From an uncultured Chloroflexia bacterium (GTDB lineage: Bacteria; Chloroflexota; Limnocylindria; Limnocylindrales; CSP1-4): a DNA stretch of 64,000 bases. The notes below the pieces were generated by a model. The model searched no databases and was not told the DNA's origin. It saw nothing but the letters and a program-made list of their open reading frames with translations. Of the stretch, positions 53,098 to 62,700 are shown piece by piece. Numbering within the stretch: position 1 is the stretch's first letter; the number at the start of each line of letters is the position of its first letter. The DNA lies in assembly GCA_963813335.1 (NCBI GenBank), contig CAWEYL010000001.1, forward strand, positions 32,001 to 96,000, in the 5' to 3' direction. The position numbers and the translations under genes were made by a program.

Positions 53098-53724
53098 ATG
53101 TCATCCGTCGACCACGGCGCCGCGTCCCCGCGCCCGGCCGACGTCGAGCTCTGGCTTGCCGGACTGGGCCTCGAGCCCGTCGAGCGAGCCGAGCGTGACG
53201 GGATCGCCAGCTGGGATCTCGTCCTCGACGGTCGCCGCCGCTTCGATCTTCGCGTCACGGTCATCCTCGATCCGTCCCTCGCCGTCATCGTCTGGGCGCA
53301 CTACGCCCCGCCGATCGGCGACATGTTCCGCAAGTCGTACCGGAAGCTCCTGCGCTGGAACGACGAGTTCCCGTTCGCCAAGTTCAGCGTCAGCGAGGAC
53401 GAGCGCCCGGTACTCGCCGTCGAGCTGCCGATCGCGGAGGCGAGCGGCGACGAGCTCGGCCTGGCGCTGGCGCGGATCCTCGGGATCGCCGACCGGCTGC
53501 TCGAGGAGACGGCCGGCTGGCTGTGGCTGGGCGGCCGGATCCCCGACCAGGGCGACCGGACCTGCCGGAACGAGGCCCTCCTGGCGCGCTATGAGGCGAG
53601 GCTCCCCGAGCTGCTCGGCGCGGAGCCTTTGACCGCCGACGCGGGCACCGGCGCCGAGCCCGTGACCGCCGCCGCCGAGCCGATGACCGCCGCCGCGGCC
53701 GCCGGCGCCGAGGACGACGCGTGA
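53098..53724 (+). CDS. YbjN-like domain protein
   Basis: YRKLLRWN..KF pattern of the YbjN/chaperone-like fold. Confidence 0.6.
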   Translation: MSSVDHGAASPRPADVELWLAGLGLEPVERAERDGIASWDLVLDGRRRFDLRVTVILDPSLAVIVWAHYAPPIGDMFRKSYRKLLRWNDEFPFAKFSVSEDERPVLAVELPIAEASGDELGLALARILGIADRLLEETAGWLWLGGRIPDQGDRTCRNEALLARYEARLPELLGAEPLTADAGTGAEPVTAAAEPMTAAAAAGAEDDA

Positions 53725-55734
53725 CCCGCCGCCTCGTCCCGCTGGTGCTGGCGCTGGTCGCCGCGGTCGGGCTGCTCGGCGCGCCCGCCTCGACGACCGA
53801 GGTGCGGGCCGCGAGCCCCGACCTGACCATCGTCGCGGACGCCCGCTACGACGTGCAGCCCGCCCAGCGGCGCGTCCGGGTGACGCTGAACCTGACGCTC
53901 ACCAACCATCTCGCCGACACGAAGACCACGCGCTACTACTTCGACAAGGCGTTCCTCGCCGTCCTGCCCGGCACGAAGGCGTTCGGGCTGTCGTGGGCCG
54001 GTTCCGGGACGCCGACGGTCGTCGCGACGAAGGCGACCAAGGACTACACGCTCCTGCGCCTGGGTCTCGCGCAGCGCCTCTACAGCGGCAAGAGTGCCCA
54101 GTACACGTTGCGCTTCGACCTGCCGGACCCGGGCGGTGCCGCGACGCGCGACCTGCGCATCGGAGATTCCCTGGCCTCCTTCCCGGTCTGGGGCTTCGGT
54201 ACCGACTCGACGACCGGCGGCTCGGTCACGGTCGTCTTCCCGAAGGGCTTCTCCGTGAACGTCCAGGCCGGTTCGATCCCGAAGCCGACGGTCGACGCGA
54301 CGGGCCGGGTCATCTTCCATTCAGGGACCCTGGCCCAGCCGCTGTCCTTCTTCGCCTACCTCGTCGGCGACCGCCCGGGCGCGTACACGACCCGGTCCGT
54401 CTCGGCGACCGTCGAGGGCACGCCCGTCTCGATGTCCGTCCAGTCGTGGCCCGACGACAAGGCCTGGGCCAAGCGCGTCGGCGACCTCATGGCCAAGGCC
54501 CTGCCGGTCCTCGGCAAGGACGTCGGCCTGCCGTGGCCGCGGGCGGACACCCTGACCGTCCGCGAGGCCGTCAGCCATTCGACCGGCGGCTACGCCGGGC
54601 TGTTCGATCCCGCCAAGGGCGTCGTCGAGGTCGCCTACTACGCCGACAGCTTCGTGGTCCTGCACGAATCCGCGCACGGCTGGTTCAACGGCGCGCTGCT
54701 CGCGGACCGCTGGGCCAACGAGGGGTTCGCCTCCTACTACGCGCTCCAGGCCGCCGGCGGCCCTGAAGGTCAAGGCCACCGGCGACGTCCTGACCGCCAA
54801 GCTCAAGGCGTCCCGCATCCCGCTCAACGCCTGGGGTCCGATCGGGCGGGACACCGGCGCCACCGAGGACTACGCGTACGCGGCCAGCCTCGCCCTCGCG
54901 ACGGCCATCGGCGACCGGGCCTCGTCCGATGCCCTCAAGGCCGTCTGGGCCGACGCGGCCGGGCATGTCGGCGCCTACCAGCCACCCGCCGGCGGCACGC
55001 CCGAGACCGTGGATGGCGCGCCGGACTGGCGCGGGCTGCTGGATCTCCTGGAGGCCGAGGGCGGGGTCCGCTTCGACGACCTGTGGCGGACCTGGGTCGC
55101 GCGCGACGAGGACCTGCCGCTGCTCGACGCGCGGGCCGCGGCGCGTGAGCGCTACGACCAGGTCGTGGGCGACGCCGGCGACTGGACGCTGCCGAAGCCG
55201 ATCCGCGACGCCATGCGCGCCTGGCGGTTCGACGACGCGACGCGGATGCTCGGCGAAGCGAGCGCGGTCCTCGCACGACGGGCGACCATCGAATCGACCG
55301 CCGCCGCCGTCGGGCTGACCCCGTCCCCGGCGCTCGAAGCCGCCTTCGAGGGCGACGACGGCTTCGCCGACGCGATCGCCGAGGCCGACGCCGAGGACAT
55401 CGCGATCGCCGCCTATCGCGACGCCGTCGCCTCGCGTCCGGTCGCCGCGGACCCGCTCATGTCGCTCGGGCTGTGGGGCGTCGACCCGGACGTCCAGCTG
55501 GTCGCGGCCAGGTCGGCCTTCGAGGCGGGAGACCTCGTCGGCTCGGCGAAGGCGGCGGACGCCGCCGAGGCGACCTGGGCCGGGGCGACATCCATCGGCC
55601 AGGGCCGCGCCCTCGGCATCGCCATGCTGCTCGCCGCCATCGTGCTCGCGATCGTGCTGGCCTTCGCCTGGGTCCGTGGGCGGACCGGCCGCCGGCGCCG
55701 GCACCGGATGCAGGCCCACCGGATCAAGCAGTGA
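53721..55734 (+). CDS. Secreted, C-terminally anchored gluzincin (M1/MA-like) metallopeptidase; frameshift near 54760
   Basis: Signal peptide, HESAH..W.NEGFASY, C-terminal TM plus basic tail. Confidence 0.7.
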
Positions 55735-55860
55735 TGGCCCGCGGCTGGCACCGGGGCGCCCGGCGGGCCGGGACTCATACGCTACACTCGCCGCCACCTC
55801 CGGGCCGGTGCCGCCGCCCGTCGAGGCCACACCGCGCGAGGAAGGAAGCACGCCGGACTG

Positions 55861-56889
55861 ATGGGGCTGCAGCGCGTTCGACCCTCGCACGAGATCCTGT
55901 CCGGCGACTCGGCCGACGTCTACTTCAGCCGCGCAGAGCACATCCTCGAGCAGGAGGGCCGGGACCCGCTCGTCTCGATGGAGGTCTTCGCCCGCGAGGA
56001 GGCGGTGCTCTGCGGGATCGGCGAGGCCAAGAACCTGCTCGGCCACGTCCTGGCCTCCGCCGACCCAGCGGAGACCCACCTCGAGGCGCTCGACGACGGC
56101 GACCTGATCGCCCCCAAGGAGGTCGTCCTGCGGATCCGTGCGCGGTATCGCCGGTTCGGGCTGTACGAGACCGCCTTCCTCGGGATGCTCGCCCACTCCA
56201 CCGGCTGGGCGACGGCCGCGCGCGAGTGCGTGGAGGCGGCTGCGCCGGAGCCGGTCATCAGCTTCGGGGCGCGGCACATCCACCCGGACATCACCGACGT
56301 CCTCGACTACGCCGCGATCGTCGGCGGCTGCGTCGGCGCGTCCACGCCGGCCGGCGCCCGGCTGGCCGGACTCGCCCCGACCGGCACGATGCCCCACTCG
56401 CTGGTGCTGATCTTCGGCGACACGGTCGAGGCATCGCTCGCGTTCGACCGCCATGTCGGCCCCGAGGTCCCGCGGATCGTGCTCGTCGACACGTTCAAGG
56501 ACGAGGCCGAGGAGGCGCTCCGGGTCGCCCATGCGCTCGGCGACCGGCTGTACGGCGTCCGCCTCGACACCCCGTCCGAGCGCGGCCGGGTGACCGTGGA
56601 CCTCGTCAAGGAGGTCCGGGCGCGGCTCGACCAGGCCGGCTTCGGCCACGTCAAGATCGTGGTCTCGGGCGGGCTGACGCCCGACCGGATCGCCTACTTC
56701 AAGGAGGCGGGTTCGCCGGTCGATTCGTTCGCCGTCGGGTCCTACATCTCCGGCGCGACGCCGGTCGACTTCACCGGCGACATCAAGGAGATCGACGGCA
56801 CGCCGATCGCCAAGCGCGGGCGGATCCCCGGACTCACCGACTCGCCGCGCCTGCGGACCGTGGACCTGGCCGCTTACCGCGAGGGCTGA
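55861..56889 (+). CDS. Nicotinate phosphoribosyltransferase (archaeal-type short form)
   Basis: DVYF, SFGARH, GTMPH, LVDTF, GVRLDT, VSGG, KRG. Confidence 0.85.
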   Translation: MGLQRVRPSHEILSGDSADVYFSRAEHILEQEGRDPLVSMEVFAREEAVLCGIGEAKNLLGHVLASADPAETHLEALDDGDLIAPKEVVLRIRARYRRFGLYETAFLGMLAHSTGWATAARECVEAAAPEPVISFGARHIHPDITDVLDYAAIVGGCVGASTPAGARLAGLAPTGTMPHSLVLIFGDTVEASLAFDRHVGPEVPRIVLVDTFKDEAEEALRVAHALGDRLYGVRLDTPSERGRVTVDLVKEVRARLDQAGFGHVKIVVSGGLTPDRIAYFKEAGSPVDSFAVGSYISGATPVDFTGDIKEIDGTPIAKRGRIPGLTDSPRLRTVDLAAYREG

Positions 56890-56980
56890 GCCGGAGGTGC
56901 CGCGAGGCTTGCTGCGGTCCGCGACCGTCGCGATCGCGCTCGCATGGCCGCGAATCGGGTCTCGTGCGACGATCGACGCC

Positions 56981-57406
56981 ATGGACGACGAACGCGACGC
57001 GGGCATCACGAACGAGTCCGGCGGTGAGCCCGGGACCGAGAACGCGTATGACCTGCTCCAGCGCGGGCACGAGCTGCTCGGCGACCGGCACTACGCGCAG
57101 GCGGCGGTCGTCCTCCAGCGGGCGGCGCGCCTGGAGCCAGGCCGCGGCTCGATCCTCGAGGCGCTCGCCCGGGCGTTCTACAACTCCGGTCAGTCGGAGG
57201 CGGCGCGCGAGACCTTCGAGGCGCTGCTCGAGGTCGACCCGTCCTCGCACTACGGCCACTACGGGCTGGGCCAGAGCCTCAAGCGGCTCGGTCGCCGGAA
57301 CGAGGCGCGGACGCATGTGCGGCTGGCCGTCGCGCTCAGCCCCGGGACGGCGCTCTATCGGGACGCGCTCGCCCGGCTGGGTCCGGCCCCGGCAGCAGAC
57401 GACTAG
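56981..57406 (+). CDS. Tetratricopeptide repeat protein
   Basis: TPR helices (EALARAFYNSG, YGHYGLG). Confidence 0.8.
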   Translation: MDDERDAGITNESGGEPGTENAYDLLQRGHELLGDRHYAQAAVVLQRAARLEPGRGSILEALARAFYNSGQSEAARETFEALLEVDPSSHYGHYGLGQSLKRLGRRNEARTHVRLAVALSPGTALYRDALARLGPAPAADD

Positions 57407-58029
57407 GGCTTCGACTCCCCGCGCAGCCGGGCGAGCCAGAACAGCCCCACCAGCGACTTCGCGTCGACGATCTCGCCCCGTTCCGCCTCGGCCAGCGCGT
57501 CCCGCCAGGGGATCCGCTCGACCAGCAGGCGCTCGTCCTCGTCGGGGCCGAGGCGGCCGTCCTCGGCCGCCGCCCGCAGGTCCGTGGCGAGGTAGAGGTG
57601 CATCAGCTCCTCGGTGAAGCCCGGCGCCGAGAAGAAGCTGCCGAGCAGCCGCCACGTGCCGGCCTGCAGGCCGGTCTCCTCCTCGAGCTCGCGCCGCGCC
57701 GCGTGCTCTGGGTCCTCGGTCGTCCCGTCGTCGGCGACGTCCAGGCCGCCGGCCGGGATCTCGCGCAGGATCCGTCCCGCCGCGAGGCGGAACTGGCGAA
57801 CCAGCAGGATCCGGTCCTCGTCGTCGATGGCGACGATGGCGACGGCGCCCGGGTGCCCAGCGATGTCGCGCGTCGAGCGGGAGCCGTCGGCACGCTCGAT
57901 GGTGTCGACGCGGAACGTCAGGTAGCGGCCGTGATGGAGGACCGTCGAATCCACGACGCGCTCGACGAGATCGGCCCCGGAGGGATCCTCCGGGGCCGTC
58001 TGGGGTTCCTGGTCCGGGCCGGTGGTCAG
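57403..58029 (-). CDS. NUDIX hydrolase (ADP-ribose pyrophosphatase NudF-like); start uncertain
   Basis: HPGAV, LVRQFR, EIPAG..ARRELEEETG, SAPGF, DAKS. Confidence 0.88.
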   Translation of the reverse strand: MTTGPDQEPQTAPEDPSGADLVERVVDSTVLHHGRYLTFRVDTIERADGSRSTRDIAGHPGAVAIVAIDDEDRILLVRQFRLAAGRILREIPAGGLDVADDGTTEDPEHAARRELEEETGLQAGTWRLLGSFFSAPGFTEELMHLYLATDLRAAAEDGRLGPDEDERLLVERIPWRDALAEAERGEIVDAKSLVGLFWLARLRGESKP

Positions 58030-59204
58030 CTGACGACCACCGAGGGGGAGTCGCTCGGCGCGGCGTGCGAGGTGATCACCGCCGGGGGCGCGTCCTCGGT
58101 CGGGATGAGGTCCGGGGCCACCGTCATGCCGGTCTCGGCGTCGAACAGGTGGACCTTGGTGAGCGGCAGCACGAGGTTGACGATGTCGCCCGGCCGGACG
58201 CGATGCTCCGAGTCGACGATCGCCACGATGTCCTTGTCGGCGGCGTTGAGGTGGAGCAGCTCCTCGTTGCCGAGGTACTCCACGACGTCGGCCCGGGCGC
58301 GGAACGAGCCGACATCGCTGGCCGGATCGCCGATGTCGAGGTGCTCCGGGCGGAACCCTGCGACGAGCGAGCGACCGGGCACGACCGCGGCGTCCTTGTA
58401 CTGCCTGGGCAGCGGGATCGACCAGTCGCCGGGGCCGACGAGGCGCGAGCTGCCGGTCGAGTTGTCGAGCGTGACGTCGACGAAGTTCATCGACGGGCTG
58501 CCGATGAAGCCGGCGACGAAGCGGTTGATCGGGGTGTCGTAGAGGGTCTGCGGGGTGCCGACCTGCTGGAGGATGCCCTCGTTCATGACCGCGATCCGCG
58601 AGCCCATCGTCATGGCCTCGATCTGGTCGTGGGTGACGTAGACCATGGTGGTCCCGAGGCGCTGGTGGAGGCGGGCGATCTCGGCGCGGGTCTGCACGCG
58701 CAGCTTGGCGTCGAGGTTGGACAGCGGCTCGTCCATGAGGAACACGGCCGGTTCGCGGACGATGGCGCGACCGAGCGCGACGCGCTGGCGCTGGCCGCCG
58801 GAGAGCTCCTTCGGCTTGCGGTCGAGGAGCTTGTCGAGCTGGATGGTCTCGGCGGCTTCCTTGACGCGGCGCTCGATGTCGGCCTTGGGGACCTTGCGCA
58901 GCTTGAGCCCGAAGGCGAGGTTGTCGCGCACCGACATGTGCGGGTAGAGCGCGTAGCTCTGGAAGACCATCGCGATGTCGCGATCCTTGGGCGGGACGTC
59001 GTTGACGACGCGGTCGCCGATGCGGAGGGTGCCGGTCGTGATCTCCTCGAGCCCGGCGATCATCCGCAGGCTGGTGGTCTTCCCGCAGCCCGATGGCCCG
59101 ACCAGGACCATGAATTCGCCGTCGCCGATCTCGAGGTTCAGGTCCGAGACGGCGTGGAAGTCGCCGTACATCTTGTTGACGTTCTCGAACGTCACGGTCG
59201 CCAT
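58026..59204 (-). CDS. Sugar ABC transporter ATP-binding protein (MsmX/UgpC-like)
   Basis: GPSGCGKTT, LSGGQRQRVALGRA, DEPLSNLDAKLR. Confidence 0.95.
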   Translation of the reverse strand: MATVTFENVNKMYGDFHAVSDLNLEIGDGEFMVLVGPSGCGKTTSLRMIAGLEEITTGTLRIGDRVVNDVPPKDRDIAMVFQSYALYPHMSVRDNLAFGLKLRKVPKADIERRVKEAAETIQLDKLLDRKPKELSGGQRQRVALGRAIVREPAVFLMDEPLSNLDAKLRVQTRAEIARLHQRLGTTMVYVTHDQIEAMTMGSRIAVMNEGILQQVGTPQTLYDTPINRFVAGFIGSPSMNFVDVTLDNSTGSSRLVGPGDWSIPLPRQYKDAAVVPGRSLVAGFRPEHLDIGDPASDVGSFRARADVVEYLGNEELLHLNAADKDIVAIVDSEHRVRPGDIVNLVLPLTKVHLFDAETGMTVAPDLIPTEDAPPAVITSHAAPSDSPSVVVS

Positions 59205-59357
59205 GGCACAACCTCCATCCTGACCGTCATCGCGGGTCCATGCATCCGGCCACCGAAGTGGCGTGGACGGACCCCGTACGTGGCGGCGCAGGGCCCTTGC
59301 ATCGTAGGGTCGCGGACCCCTGCCCGCAACCCCGGAATGCGCCGTCCGCGTCGAAGC

Positions 59358-60470
59358 CTACGCCCCGTCGACCCAGCGGCCGCCGCGGAGGACGCGGCGG
59401 ACCCGGAGGTCGTCGTCGAGCTCGACGAGGTCCGCTCGCTGGCCGGCGGCGAGGCGTCCGCGGTCCTCGACCCCGAGCATCGCCAGCGGGTTGCGCGAGG
59501 CGGCCGCGACGGCAGCGGGCAGCGGGACACCGCTCGCGACGAGGTTCCGGACCGCCGTGTCGAGCGCGATGACCGAGCCGGCCAGCGTCGAGGTCCCGGC
59601 CAGCGTGGCGCGCCCCCCGGCCACGTCGACCTCGAGCCCGCCGATCCAGGCACGGCCGTCGCCGGTCCCCGCGGGCGGGATGGCGTCGCTGACCAGGAGC
59701 AGGCGGTCGGCGGGCTTCGTGCGGATGATCAACGGCCAGATGGCCGGGTCGACGTGCTCGCCGTCGGCGATCAGCTCCACGTAGGCACGGTCGTCGACCA
59801 GGGCCGCCGCGGCCAGTCCCGGCGCCCGGTGGTCGACCCCGGTCATCCCGTTGAACAGGTGGGTGGTCGATGTCGCACCGGCGTCGTAGCCGGCCCGTGC
59901 CTCGGGGAGCGTGGCGGCGGAATGGCCCAGCGAGACGCGGACGCCGAGCGCGTGCAGCCGCTCGATGAGGGCCAGGGCGCCCGGCCGCTCGGGGGCGATG
60001 GTGATCAGCCGCAGCCCGCCCAGCAGCGGCCCGATCTCGGCCGGGTCCACGTCGGCTGGGTCGCGCAGCTGCGCCGGGTCGTGGGCGCCGCGCTTCGCGT
60101 CGGCCAGGAACGGGCCTTCGAGGTTGGACCCGAGCGGCGCCGCGCCATCCGCGGGCGCGACCGGCATCCAGCCGCGGACCCGCTCCGCGAACTCGGCGAG
60201 GACCGGCAGCGGCGCGGAGACCGCGGAGGGCAGGAACGACGTGACCCCGTGGCGCAGCAGCGCGCGGGCCATCCCGTCGAGCGCCGCCGTGTCGCCCATC
60301 GCGTCGTGGCCGCCCCAGCCGTGGACATGGACGTCGACGAATCCGGGGGCGATGAGCGGGCCGCCCGCGGCGGCCGGGTCGACCTCGACGGCCGTGATGC
60401 GGCCGTCGGCCACCTCGATCCAACCCGGTTCGACCCGGTCGTCGAGGACCAGCCGGCCACGGACGATCAC
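59358..60470 (-). CDS. nagA: N-acetylglucosamine-6-phosphate deacetylase
   Basis: PGFVDVHVHG, LEGPF..GAH, THLFNGM, DGEH, LAGS. Confidence 0.92.
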   Translation of the reverse strand: MIVRGRLVLDDRVEPGWIEVADGRITAVEVDPAAAGGPLIAPGFVDVHVHGWGGHDAMGDTAALDGMARALLRHGVTSFLPSAVSAPLPVLAEFAERVRGWMPVAPADGAAPLGSNLEGPFLADAKRGAHDPAQLRDPADVDPAEIGPLLGGLRLITIAPERPGALALIERLHALGVRVSLGHSAATLPEARAGYDAGATSTTHLFNGMTGVDHRAPGLAAAALVDDRAYVELIADGEHVDPAIWPLIIRTKPADRLLLVSDAIPPAGTGDGRAWIGGLEVDVAGGRATLAGTSTLAGSVIALDTAVRNLVASGVPLPAAVAAASRNPLAMLGVEDRGRLAAGQRADLVELDDDLRVRRVLRGGRWVDGA

Positions 60471-60500
60471 GGCGACCCGGCTCGACCGTGGGCCACGGCG

Positions 60501-61415
60501 TCAGACGACATATGGCCGCAGCACGTTGCGGGCGAGCAGAAAGCCGCCCTTGACCTTCTCGTCGGTGCCCTCGAAGTCGCGGTCCTCGTGCTCGATGATC
60601 ACGTCGCCGTCGTAGCCGGCGCGCCACAGCGCGGCGAACAGGACGCCCCAGTCGACGTCGCCCAGGCCGGGGATGCGCGGGATCTGCCAGCCCATGCCCA
60701 TCGAGAACACGCCGCGCTCGTACAGCCCCTCGCGGTCGATGGTCAGGTCCTTGGCCTGCACGTGGAGGATGTGCGGCCCGAACTCGCGGATGAAGCGCGG
60801 GATGTCGATCATCTGCAGGACCAGGTGCGACGGGTCGAAGTTCAGCCCGACCGTGCCGCTCCACTGCTCGAGGATCCGCCGCCACATGCGCGGCGTCGTC
60901 GCGAGGTTGTGGCCGCCGGGCCACTCGTCGTACGAGAACAGCATCGGGCAGTTCTCGAAGGTGAGCTTCCGGCCGTGGTCCGCCGCGAAGGCCACGATGT
61001 CCGGCCAGACCCGGAGCGCGTCCTCCCAGTTCTGGTCCGGGGTCTTGGCGGCGTCGGCGCCCATGAACGTGTTGACGATCGGGACGTCCATCTTCTCGGC
61101 GGCGGTGATCACCTGCTTGAGGTGGCCGATCACCGTCTCGCGATGGGCCGGGTCCGGGTGGAGCGGGTTCGGGTAGAAGCCGAGGCCCGAGATCGTCAGG
61201 CCCGTGGCGCGGATGCCCGCCGCCAGGTCGCGGCCGTCGGCCACGGACAGGTTCGCGACGTCGATGTGCGAGGTCCCGGCGTAGCGCCGGGTCGGGCCGC
61301 TCGTGCGCGGCCAGCACGCGATCTCGATGCTGTCGAAGCCGTTGGCGGCGGTCCAGTCGACCACCTCGTCGAGCGGCGTCTCGGGGAACGGGGCGGTGAG
61401 CAGGCCGAGTCTCAT
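60501..61415 (-). CDS. Sugar phosphate isomerase/epimerase (xylose-isomerase-like TIM barrel)
   Basis: ENCPM, NFDPSH, HVQAKD, IEHED. Confidence 0.9.
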   Translation of the reverse strand: MRLGLLTAPFPETPLDEVVDWTAANGFDSIEIACWPRTSGPTRRYAGTSHIDVANLSVADGRDLAAGIRATGLTISGLGFYPNPLHPDPAHRETVIGHLKQVITAAEKMDVPIVNTFMGADAAKTPDQNWEDALRVWPDIVAFAADHGRKLTFENCPMLFSYDEWPGGHNLATTPRMWRRILEQWSGTVGLNFDPSHLVLQMIDIPRFIREFGPHILHVQAKDLTIDREGLYERGVFSMGMGWQIPRIPGLGDVDWGVLFAALWRAGYDGDVIIEHEDRDFEGTDEKVKGGFLLARNVLRPYVV

Positions 61416-62596
61416 GCGTGCGCTCCTGGGGCGACCGGCGGCCGGGCGACATCGACCCACGCGCCGCGACGGGCGCTCTCCGCGATCGCCTCCATCACCA
61501 GCATCTCGTCGTGGCCGTCGGCGAACGTCGGATAGGCGGGTCGGGCGGCGGGCCGTCCCGCGACGACGTCGGCGTAGATGGCCCGGAAGAGCGCCGCGAA
61601 CGTGTCGGCGAAGCCCTCGACGTGCCCGGCCGGCAGGGCCGCGGCGGCCTGGCCGCCCGGCGACATCAGGGCCGCGTCCTTGAACAGGATCTCGTTGGGC
61701 CGCTCGCGGTGGCCCAGCCAGATCTGGTCGGGCAGCTCCGAATCCCAGGCCATCGACGAGTCGGACCCGTCGATCTCCCACTGGACCGAGTTCTTCCGGC
61801 CGGCGCTGATCTGCGACACGCTCAACGCGCCCCGGGCGCCGCCCTCGAAGCGGAGCAGGATCGTGGCGGTGTCCTCCGTGCTGATCTCGCGAGTGACGGT
61901 CTCGGCCGAGCGCTCGGTCGAGAACGTCTCGACCGGCCCGGCCGGCTGCTGGCGGACCGGGATGAAGGTGGCGAGGTCGGCCATGACCGCGGCGATCCGG
62001 TGGCCGGTCACGAAGGTCATGAGGTCGAGCCAGTGCGACCCGATGTCGCCCACGGCGCGGAGCGCTCCGCCGCGGTCCGGTTGCAGCCGCCAGTTCCAGT
62101 CGCCCGGGAGGAGCAGCCAGTCCTGGAAGTAGCGTCCCGTCACCAGCCGGACCTCGCCGAGCGCCCCGCCCGCGACGGCGTCACGGGCGTGCTGGTTCAG
62201 CGGGTAGTGGCGGATGTTGAAGTTGACGGCGTTGACGCGGCCGCTCGCGGCGGCGGTTGCCACCAGCCGGGTCGACTCCGCGGACGTCAGGGCGAGCGGC
62301 TTCTCGCAGACGACGTGGCGCCCGGACTCGAGGACCGCGATCGACTGGCTGACGTGGAGGTCGTTGGGCGAGGTCACATGGACGACGTCGACACTCGGGT
62401 CCGCGAGGAGCTCGTCCAGCGAGGCATAGGCCTTCGCCACCCCGAGGGTCTCGGCACGCGCCGCGCCTCGCTCGGCGGTGCTGCCGAGGACGCCCCGGAC
62501 CTGGACTCCGATGCGGCGGAGCGCCTCCACGTGGACGGTGCCGATGAAGCCCGTCCCGATCACCGCGGTGCCGACGCCCGCGATCCCGCTCGTCAT
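61412..62596 (-). CDS. Gfo/Idh/MocA family oxidoreductase
   Basis: IGTGFIG, HVVCEKP, DIGSHWLD. Confidence 0.92.
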   Translation of the reverse strand: MTSGIAGVGTAVIGTGFIGTVHVEALRRIGVQVRGVLGSTAERGAARAETLGVAKAYASLDELLADPSVDVVHVTSPNDLHVSQSIAVLESGRHVVCEKPLALTSAESTRLVATAAASGRVNAVNFNIRHYPLNQHARDAVAGGALGEVRLVTGRYFQDWLLLPGDWNWRLQPDRGGALRAVGDIGSHWLDLMTFVTGHRIAAVMADLATFIPVRQQPAGPVETFSTERSAETVTREISTEDTATILLRFEGGARGALSVSQISAGRKNSVQWEIDGSDSSMAWDSELPDQIWLGHRERPNEILFKDAALMSPGGQAAAALPAGHVEGFADTFAALFRAIYADVVAGRPAARPAYPTFADGHDEMLVMEAIAESARRGAWVDVARPPVAPGAHA

Positions 62597-62700
62597 GCCC
62601 GGCTCACCTGCGTAGGCTCTCCGTCCGGTGGGGACGTCCCGGTGCCATCATCACCTATCCGCCGCACCCCGCGCCTGCCGGCGCCCGATGGAGGAGCCGC

